Below are positions 54,144 through 64,000 of a DNA stretch of 64,000 nucleotides, piece after piece. This DNA comes from Phoronis australis. Lineage: Eukaryota > Animalia > Phoronida. The notes below the pieces were generated by a model. The model saw only the letters and a list, made by a program, of their open reading frames with translations, was not told where the DNA came from and did not search any database. A program made the position numbers and the translations under genes. The stretch covers positions 443,980-507,979 of the forward strand of contig NMRA01000030.1 of assembly GCA_002633005.1 (NCBI GenBank). The letters are read 5' to 3'. The number at the start of each line of letters is the position of its first letter. Within the stretch, counting starts at the first letter, position 1.

Positions 54144-55680
54144 CAGAGAATGGATGCCACGATGACTACAGGTACAATGCACAGAGAATGGATGACAGGA
54201 TGGCTACAGGTACAATGCACAAAGAATGAATGACAGGATGGCTACAGGTACAATACACACATAATGGATGACAGGATGGCTACAGGTACAATGCACAGAA
54301 AATGGATGACAGGATGGCTACAGGTACAATGCACAGAGAATGGATGCCAGGATGACTACAGATACACTGCACAGAGAATGGATGACAGGATGGCTACAGG
54401 TACAATGCACAGAGAATGGATGACANNNNNNNNNNNNNNNNNNNNNNNNNNNNNNNNNNNNNNNNNNNNNNNNNNNNNNNNNNNNNNNNNNNNNNNNNNN
54501 NNNNNNNNNNNNNNNNNNNNNNNNNNNNNNNNNNNNNNNNNNNNNNNNNNNNNNNNNNNNNNNNNNNNNNNNNNNNNNNNNNNNNNNNNNNNNNNNNNNN
54601 NNNNNNNNNNNNNNNNNNNNNNNNNNNNNNNNNNNNNNNNNNNNNNNNNNNNNNNNNNNNNNNNNNNNNNNNNNNNNNNNNNNNNNNNNNNNNNNNNNNN
54701 NNNNNNNNNNNNNNNNNNNNNNNNNNNNNNNNNNNNNNNNNNNNNNNNNNNNNNNNNNNNNNNNNNNNNNNNNNNNNNNNNNNNNNNNNNNNNNNNNNNN
54801 NNNNNNNNNNNNNNNNNNNNNNNNNNNNNNNNNNNNNNNNNNNNNNNNNNNNNNNNNNNNNNNNNNNNNNNNNNNNNNNNNNNNNNNNNNNNNNNNNNNN
54901 NNNNNNNNNNNNNNNNNNNNNNNNNNNNNNNNNNNNNNNNNNNNNNNNNNNNNNNNNNNNNNNNNNNNNNNNNNNNNNNNNNNNNNNNNNNNNNNNNNNN
55001 NNNNNNNNNNNNNNNNNNNNNNNNNNNNNNNNNNNNNNNNNNNNNNNNNNNNNNNNNNNNNNNNNNNNNNNNNNNNNNNNNNNNNNNNNNNNNNNNNNNN
55101 NNNNNNNNNNNNNNNNNNNNNNNNNNNNNNNNNNNNNNNNNNNNNNNNNNNNNNNNNNNNNNNNNNNNNNNNNNNNNNNNCACCGAGAATGGATGACAGG
55201 ATTGCTACATGTACAAAGCACATAGAATGGATGACAGGATGGCTACAGGTACAATACACACAGAATGGATGGCAGGATGGCTACAAGTACAATACACACA
55301 GAATGGATGGCACGATGGCTACAAGTACAATACACACAGAATGGATGCCAGGATGGCTACAGGTACAATGCACAGAGAATGGGTGACAGGATGGCTACAG
55401 GTACAATGCACAGAGAATGGGTGACAGGATGGCTACAGGTACAATGCACAGAGAATGGATGGCAGGATGGCTACAGGTACAATACACACAGAATGGATGA
55501 CAGGATGGCTACAAGTACAATACACAGGGAATGGATGACAGGATGGCTACAAGTACAATACACAGGGAATGGATGACAGGATGGCTACAGACACAATGCA
55601 CAGAGAATGGAGGACAGGATGGCTACAAGTACAATACACAGGGAATGGATGACAGGATGGCTACAGACACAATGCACAGA
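54144..55680. repeat. 38-bp minisatellite (cagagaatggatgacaggatggctacaggtacaatgca) spanning an assembly gap (N 54426-55180)
   Basis: More than 20 visible copies across the two sides of the gap. Confidence 0.95.
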
Positions 55681-56926
55681 AAATTCCAAAACACACAACG
55701 GTGGATGTTTTACCACTGAAACATGTCAAACTTTACTTGTGATCATCAGTGCGAGGTGTTTAGATACCTATTTGTCATCTGCCAAGGAAGCAGAGACAAA
55801 TGTAAAAAATATATTTGCCACTAGAGGGAGGAGTGGTAGTCAGATTCGTCGGAAAATTCGCTCATGCTGTTACATCTATGATAAGAACAGGCTGAACATA
55901 TTTTACGAAATATTCATTAAGGGGTTTTGGAGACAGAGCAGAGGGCGCCATCACCACATGTGTGCGTAATAAAAATAGCTACAGCTCTGACTCTGAACTC
56001 TGGGACCTGACCCAGGATTGAATGTGGCACCAAAGCACGACATTATATAGGTACGTAACAACAAACGTGATCTAGTTTGATATAAATAGAGCCAAGCATG
56101 ATGTAACAAGATTTGATGACAATATCACAACATTTGCATAGGCACTAACGACAGGTTCAAATAACAAAAAAGTATAACACAACTCATTACTTTCACTAGG
56201 CACCAGCAGGACAGTGCTGATCTGAAAGATGATCTTCTAGGCATTGAGGTAAGGAAATGAGAGTAGCACAATAATGGCACTCTAGTCAACAGAGGGCAGT
56301 GTTTTATGAGGGCAAAGGAAAGCAATAAGAAAGATGCGTCGAAAGGTTTTTGATGAATTTTAAGAATGACGTTCAAACTATGACTGGTCATAAGCACAAT
56401 ATGAAACAATAGTATATTAAACAAGCGCCTGAAAAGTGCACGAATGTGGGGACACTTGATTTCACTAAGTCGGGATATTAGACATATGTGTGAATACTAG
56501 GTGATTCCAAGTTTGATTAAATTTTAATTAATGTACAAGATATCGTTTCAAATCTTTTGTACCTTTAATAAGTTTACATGTTTTGGAACAGTGGTGAGCT
56601 AACAACAACTTGACCCATGTCCGTCAATGTAATAGTTGTAAATCTTATGCATATATTTAATCAAGTAGCATAATATGTATGTATCTGTGCTGCTGTACTT
56701 TAGTTCGCTCCATCAGGGTTCCCCTTCTTATGTCTCATTTCCAAATCTCTGACTGTAGCAGTGGAAACTGACCGTTGGCGGATTGATTAAACGTAATTAG
56801 TGATGACAACCCTTTGTCTCATGTGTACTCTGTGAAAGTGTACACAGCCGCACAGGTAATTAACACCTGTCAGTATCTGGGAGAAGTAACATAATGAGTG
56901 CCACCTGATCCCAGTAAGTAGAGGTA

Positions 56927-57124
56927 CAGTACACACCGAAAACGATCAGACAAAATGACCCTGAAGTCCCCTTCATAACGGCCGGCTGAGCACCAGCAGA
57001 ATTTCCGGTCATGACAGCCGAGTTCAAGTGAAACTGACCATCAAAGTAGCCAGAATGAGCGGATGGTCATGAGCTGAATGGCAGGAAAAGGGGAATATCG
57101 TCTGATAGCTTTTGGTGTATACTG
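56927..57124. mobile_element. TA-flanked MITE (Tc1/mariner-like CAGT...ACTG ends)
   Basis: TIR cagtacacaccgaaaacgatcagac versus reverse complement of gtctgatagcttttggtgtatactg. TA on both sides. Confidence 0.7.
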
Positions 57125-57738
57125 TATGCTGTCACTGGACTGCTTATAACGCTGAAGCCGATGATCATGTCAAGCAGGTTAACAAGTAATGTGAGCTGTA
57201 ATACACAACCATGGCAGACTCACTGACAAGTAGAACATGTACAAGGTATTAGTCAAAACACAAACCTATTGTATGTGGGCTAGATAATTAGCCATAGACG
57301 CAGTTGATTATGGTTAGAATATTTACAGAAGCTGAAAGTATATGAATTCATTGACAGATACTACATAACCACACAGTCACATCTCAAGCAGTTAAGCTTC
57401 AAGGGGAATTTTTGTGTTCATATAAAGTCAAAAGAAGCTAAAAATAAACCTCAAGTTGTCATGGAGACCATCTAGCATGGAATTACATTGACAACCTTAC
57501 TTAAACAGAAATTGTCCATTCCGTAGACATGAGTTAAAGTTCTCAAGAATGCAAAAATAAAGAATAGCAAATGTTAATTATCTTCTAATCAAACAAAACT
57601 GTTAATAACTGACAAGATTTAATGAAAAGCAATTTAGTGACATTGGAAATCTGTCCACGCAGATCAGTTTGAAACAAATAACAAGGCTGGTTGAAGATAT
57701 TGTGAAATACAAGAAGGTGTGATAGCATGACGTACAAC

Positions 57739-57830
57739 CTACCTGTCATAGACAACAAATACTCGCGTAATTTAATTAAATGTCCTACCTGTCATAGACA
57801 ACAAATACTCGCGTAATTTAATTAAATGTC
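57739..57830. repeat. Perfect 46-bp tandem duplication
   Basis: ctacctgtcatagacaacaaatactcgcgtaatttaattaaatgtc occurs twice. Confidence 0.95.
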
Positions 57831-57969
57831 ATCTTGGTAATATTAGGCATGAATTCATGCAAGAGAGAGTCATGTGTCAAAGTCAGGAAACTTAAGAGAG
57901 CTTTCATTAGTACCAAGTATAAACAGAACTGTGAGTGGTTGTTTGCATGACTGAGCAGCAGGTCATTTT

Positions 57970-58072
57970 ACACACGCATACATGCACGCATGCACACACA
58001 CACACACACGCGCACACACGCGCACACACGCGCGTGCACGCACGCACACATTCACGTGTTCACACCACACAT
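57970..58072. repeat. (CA)n/(CACG)n microsatellite
   Basis: Seen directly. Confidence 0.9.
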
Positions 58073-58879
58073 TCAATTTTCCAAAAATTGACGTTGATTT
58101 TAATTGGTAAGCGCAGAGTTGGTGGTCGACAGATATCAGCTGCACAACTCTTGTCACTATTATGTATTTCAATTACCAACTCTGATTTGCTTTGATCTTG
58201 AGTGGTTAGAGGAGACAAGTTTCTCAAATAAATTAACAGTTCTATTTTTTCACAGTTGTATAATATCTAGGATGAAGCTAATAAACAACACTTACGACAT
58301 GTTAAGGCAATTGGTTACCTTCAATACCAAGGATAAAAATTTTTAAACAACTTTTTTAACTACTATTTGTTTACCCATAAACTGTTTAAAATCCTTGATG
58401 ATCACAAATAGTTGTGTGCACAAAAAATGCCCCGCTTTTGTTTCAAAATCATTTTTCACACAGATCGTATTTTTCGCTTGAGACTAACTACTTGAAAATT
58501 CTATTTCTTTAGTCTATTAGCAACGAAGGGTGTCTGAGATTTTCTAATAAGGCCTTTTATTCGGAGAACTCTGCAGTGAAAAATGACATTTCTGTAAAAA
58601 ACAAAGTTGTGATTTTTGACAGCCAAATAAAGAAACAGAACTTGTAAGTTTGGTATGAAAAAGTTCATACTTATAAGCCATGGGCCATAGACCACAGTAC
58701 CCAGTTGCATAGAATAGTCCCAAATAGGGACTCAACAATGTTTCTTGGCGTTTTGCTGCATTTGTGGAATTGCAGAAACACTAACTCTGTCCTTTCTTAT
58801 GCTCGTTTATTTTCATTACTATAGTCTATTTTTGATCTCGATTCAAACTGGGAGTGAAAGTTGAATTCCCAATATCATT

Positions 58880-60197
58880 AACAAGAGCAACGCAGAGCGT
58901 TGAAATGCGCCCACGAATGCATCGCAAATGGTGTGCTTTTAGGGTTGTTTATTTGTACCATTAAAATGGCCACTAGATGGTGCAAAATACGTCAAAGCTG
59001 TCTGAAAACCAAAAAAATGTCATCGTTTCTTTAAAAGAAAGCCATTTACCAACTTTATTTAAAATTTGTCAAGGAACGCCAGAGAAACAGAGGAAAACAA
59101 AATAAACAAAATTGCCACTAGGGGGCACCGTGTTCATTGGATCCTTCTAAAAGTAGTCATCTTCTCTTATTAACTTCATATAAATTCATGTGCTAAATTT
59201 AATAAAGATCCAGCAGAGGCCTTAGTAGATAAAGGTATGGATGCAAAAAAAACAAAACCGCCACTGGCAGGCGCCACAGTCATCAAAAATCATCGGCAAC
59301 CGTCCCCTTCATAGAAAGGACGTATTACATGCCAACTTTCACAATCATCCTTAGAGTGGTTTGGTTGACAAAGGAACGAACACCACAAAACAGACTCAAA
59401 AACAACAAAAATGGCCACTAGGTGGCGAAAAAAAACTTGAATGAATTCGAATATGAATGGCTAGCGTCACCTCACTAATGGATGTCTATGTGCCAAATTT
59501 TGTGGAAATCTGTTAAGTACGTTTGAAGATATAGCGATAAACGTAAAAAACTAAAATTGCCACTAAGTGGCACACCGGTAGACCGATCTGTCCGAAAGTC
59601 ATAGTCGTCTGTTGTCAACTATATAAATATATATGCTAAATTTAATAAAGATCCTATAGAACATTTAGGAGATACAGCCATGGGCGTAAAAACAAAAAAA
59701 CTGCCACTAGGTGGCGCCACAGTAGTCTAAGTCATCGGAAAATCATTGTCAACTGTCTTCTTCATAGTAAGACCACACATGCCAATTTTCACAATCATCC
59801 TTAGAGTGGTTTGGTTGTTAGAGGGGCGGATGCCAAAAAACTACTTGAAAACAGTAAAAATGTCCACTAGATGACCCAAAATCCATCAAAGCAATCCGAA
59901 AACGGGAGGATGGCGTCAACTCATTAATAGATGCCTATGTACCAAATTTCATGAAAATCGGTTGAAGATCTTTGAAGATACAGAGCCAAACGTAAGGAAC
60001 TAAAATTGCCACTAGAGAGCACAGCGGTATTCGGGTCGGTCCGAAACTAGTCGCCCTCTCTCGTAGACCCCACAGGAACACACCTGCCAAATTTCAATAC
60101 GTTCAAGGGGTTTAAGAGATACAGCCGCGGATGCCGGACGCCCAGACAGAGATGACAGCAATATGCAACCACATGTAAATATGTGGGCGCATAAAAA
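58880..60197 (-). mobile_element. Full-length HINE copy C
   Basis: Same termini as copy A (aacaagagcaacgcagagcgttgaaatgcgcccac ... atatgtgggcgcataaaaa) and the same ~450/150-bp central repeats. Confidence 0.85.
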
Positions 60198-61499
60198 TGA
60201 ATGAGGCTCTTTTCATGCAACGCCCCTAATAAGGACTAAGACCCTATTTATTTTCATTTACATAAGGGGTCAGTGTTTAGATAACTTATTAGAAAATGGC
60301 CTTGGGCCAAAGAGGAGATTGCGATTTAGGTCAAAAGATAAAAACCATAACATTTGTATGTAAACAAAGACACTGACACACGGAAGATTTAGGGAACTTA
60401 GGTGAGACCCTATTTTGGACTGTTTCATGCAACAGGAGACAGTAGGCTTGTAGAACCATTTCTGTAACCATTTCGGTGAATTGTATTTGGACTTTTTGAC
60501 ATCACAAACTATTGTACTTAGTAAAAGTTAATGTCCGCGTGTTTAAATTTGCACATTTCCCTGAGATGTGGCTTAACTTTTGGGTAATTCTGCAAACTGG
60601 ATACAGAATAGACCCCCTGTCTAATACTGAGCCACTCCAATGACTTGTTTTTATTTTACTCCAACAGTTTCAAATTTTGTAGCTACGAACACAGTAACAC
60701 TTTTTGACGGCTTCAATATCAATCGACTCAACAAGACAAATTTTTAGCAACTATAAATTTTCATTAACCATATGTTATACCTGTCTCTTTCTAAAATATC
60801 CTTCCCAACTTGTCTTAGCAAAAGTTCGGGTATTCTTATCTATCAAATTTATGCAAAATTTTCTCCAAACATAAACATGCCTGACGCTGGTATATTGCTG
60901 AGTAATTAATCAGAACAATTTTTCATATTTTTGCTTCTCGATACTAATAGCATGAGTAATCCCCTTAAAACTTAGTTTGTTCAGAAAAAAATAATTAAAA
61001 AATTTCATCCTAACATCAAATCTAAAATTGACTTCAGTTAGTTACAAGACAGCGTTAGATAACAATTTATCTCAAAATGCAAACAAAAATTAAAACAAAA
61101 ACAATTATCACAAAACAAGTCTGGTCTGCACACCATCTGTTGGCCACACCACGTAACCTAATGTCCAACTAATTTTATGGAAAAATGTCAATGTCTGTTC
61201 ACAAAGTCAGCTAGAGTAACCAAATCATGTGGCCCCTCATGGTGCTAAGGTGAGCTCAAGGACATCTAAAGTTACGTCGACTTTTTAATGTAAATTAAAT
61301 TAATACCCTTCCACTAAAGTGACGCTAAGATGGCTTTTGGGCAACGAATTTGTGTGTATTGTGAATGAGACGCTAACTGAAGGTGTCTGTAATATAAGTT
61401 GGCTTCCAGTTAGTCACCCCAATGTTCTAGATATCTTCTGAAGACGCTCTTCCCAAGAAATCATGAAAAGCCTCACTCTTAACCACATTGAAAAGTGGC

Positions 61500-62057
61500 A
61501 CGCACTTCCCTAGTGAAACTCAACACCCTTGTGCCAAATTTCACCAAAATACGAAGGGGAATTCTGAGATATCAAGTAGACAACTAGACAATCACTAGGG
61601 AGTGCTGCAGTGGTTGAATCCACCTGTAAATGAAGTAGTCCTGGCCCATTGTCATCACACACGTGTGTAAAGTTTCATTGAAATCCATTGGCTCTCTAAC
61701 ATCATCCAGAAAATTCCCTTAAAATAATGAGAAGTACCTTGTCAAGACCAAAATGGCCACTAAGTGGTGCAGCAGCAATCCAATCTGCTCTGTGTCAGGT
61801 TTCATTGAACTCCATCTGTAGGTACTCTAGATATCATCCAGAAACCGTGTTCCCCAAACAACACGTCAAAAGCTCCTCGCAAAGAACAACATGGCCACTA
61901 GGAGGTGCTACAGTGGTCAAATAAGCCCTAAAAATTAATGGTGTTGGTGCATTGACGTCATATACCTTTGCATCAATTTTCATCGAAATCCGGCAATCTG
62001 TTCTCTAGATTCCTATGGAAACGCTTTTCCCCAAAAAGAAAACGAAAAAGCTATGCC
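61500..62057 (-). mobile_element. Related HINE-like repeat remnant running into an assembly gap (N 62058-62181)
   Basis: gtgccaaatttcacc, tggccactaagtggtgc and tggccactaggaggtgc units. Confidence 0.55.
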
Positions 62058-64000
62058 NNNNNNNNNNNNNNNNNNNNNNNNNNNNNNNNNNNNNNNNNNN
62101 NNNNNNNNNNNNNNNNNNNNNNNNNNNNNNNNNNNNNNNNNNNNNNNNNNNNNNNNNNNNNNNNNNNNNNNNNNNNNNNNNCACACACACAACACACACA
62201 CACGTACGCACACCTATAAAGTTATTTAAGAAATTTGATTCTTGGTAATTAAGTTTGTCAATTATCTCACACTCTCATAGTTATCTTTATGTCAGTTTGA
62301 GCCTCCACAAATCTCCTGCAGTCCTAATGTTCAGTATGAATACTAAAGTGGACGTGTAAAATGATACTTTCACAAAAATCAATATTACCCATACGGAAAT
62401 TGACATTTATGAAAATGCTGTTAAAAAGCCAACGCCAAGTCGACATTTCATGCAGTACTAGTGTTAAGTTACAATCACGCAAATCAGTAGAAGGGAAAAA
62501 CTATACATGCTCGACAAATTTTCATGAAATGCTTATTCAAGCCAACTTTACCCCAATAATTCCCGAGACCAGCTTCTTGAACATGTCCTTACATTTCTTT
62601 TCACCAGATTTCCCAGCGACAACGTGCAATGACATGTCATGGTAAGACTGAAATAAGACAATCTTTGTTATCAAAGTAATCAACAATTCTCTCAACTTCC
62701 ACAGGAAACACTCACTTCAATTCATTAATAAATGTCTCTTGTGAAGTCAATTCCGTCTTAAGTTCAATCTTCAATCTTTGAGAAGTTCACACATTCTGTG
62801 CAGCAGAAAAGCCATGAAATTTGTTGCGCTGGTCAGGACAATTAACAAAGCTGTCCTGGTTACTCATTGAACTCTCAAAAATATTTTCAGTACTGAAGCA
62901 AAGAAATAAAACAAACCTTTAATGTTTTTTCGTTGTATGTGGGAATTTGTTGTAGAAGCTGAGTGACATTAGGAAAGACAGGGACCTACAAAGAAACATT
63001 TTTCATTAGAACAATACAATTAAATATAAAAAACACATTTGACCAGTAACTCATGAAAGACAGCTAACAACACTTTTGTTTAGGAAGTTAAAGTACATTT
63101 GGCTCGTTTATTTGTCAATGTCGACTTCTTAACCGAAAGGCTTTGGGGTTTAAAAAGCACGCTCATACGATCTTGAATTGTTACCAAATTAACTGGCAAC
63201 TTAAGTGACATGCACCATTTTCGAATTTACAATTTTAGGGTTGGCCAACCTCAACAGGAATTTTCCAAGAGTCACTTAAGGTTTCCATGTTTTATTTGGT
63301 AGCAGAAATAAAATCCAATCACAGTAAGCAATAATATTATCAATTTTTGTTTTTTAGCTATCTACACAGGACGAAATGCAACTCTTAAGTTTTTTTAAAC
63401 TAAAAGTAAAGCTGGAAGAGATAACAATAGGGGCATATATGACAACTGTTGGAAAAGTATTACCACACCACATCTTTACTAACTAAACTGTCTCTTAAAA
63501 CAACCACAGTAGCAATTGACTTAATATACATAAATCAGTTCCTAAAAGGCCCCCTGGCTTCTTCCTCAAAACTTTCAAAAGACTGCAAATGTATGCTATT
63601 TCCTAGGGAGGCTTAATAAAAATTCCAGTAGAAACCCAAATCTCTAAATTTTAAAATCAAATTCCTATTTATAGCATTTCTCAATCATGATAGTCTCTGG
63701 TTCAACAAAGGGCCTTGAAACATTGCTTCCTTACTTCCTATCAATCACATGAACAAATTGAGATCACGCAGGGGAGATAAAATATAACTAAATACTATGC
63801 TCGCAGTCTACAAACCAACACTGTATTGAAACTGGAGCGTCATAAGTGCATTTTCCTAGAGCCTGTTTCTCAAAGAATCCATTGGGTTTTGACTTTTGGC
63901 CAAAAAGCAGTCTGCATGAGGCTTAGCTGTGCCACGAGAACTGGGCTAAGGCTGCAAGTCAGACAACCTATCTACAACTTAAAAGACAAAAGACAAAAAT

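Noticed and set aside
5029-55680. 30-38-bp tandem arrays as CRISPR arrays
   Set aside because: Units are contiguous with no unique spacers, there are no cas genes, and the context is a eukaryotic intron.
54264-55719. Long ORFs of 270-313 aa and repetitive ORFs
   Set aside because: Artefacts of the N gap and the 38-bp minisatellite.
57739-57830. ATG ACA G|gtagg as another phase-1 first exon
   Set aside because: Only two codons, inside a simple tandem duplication, with no promoter features; compatible with chance.

Overview
AT-rich eukaryotic (marine invertebrate-like; inference) genomic DNA lying inside one minus-strand gene for a CELF/Bruno-like RNA-binding protein of the CELF3-6 (bru3/unc-75) subfamily. 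Four coding exons are visible at 5845-5717, 3575-3496, 1516-1355 and 234-99. They encode RRM2 and the start of the divergent linker and join in one frame. I did not find the RRM1 exons, so 5846-64000 is probably one intron of at least 58 kb. That intron holds candidate alternative first exons that would splice in frame to RRM2, a palindromic pair of tRNA-derived units, MITEs, LINE fragments and minisatellites. It also holds a dense, co-oriented cluster (38-62 kb) of Helentron-associated (DINE-1/HINE-like) elements whose ~150-bp internal repeats each carry a CTCF-consensus-like motif. Almost all ORFs in the six-frame track are spurious. There are two N gaps and one single-N junction with an apparent haplotype duplication. 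All calls were made by eye; no database searches were run.
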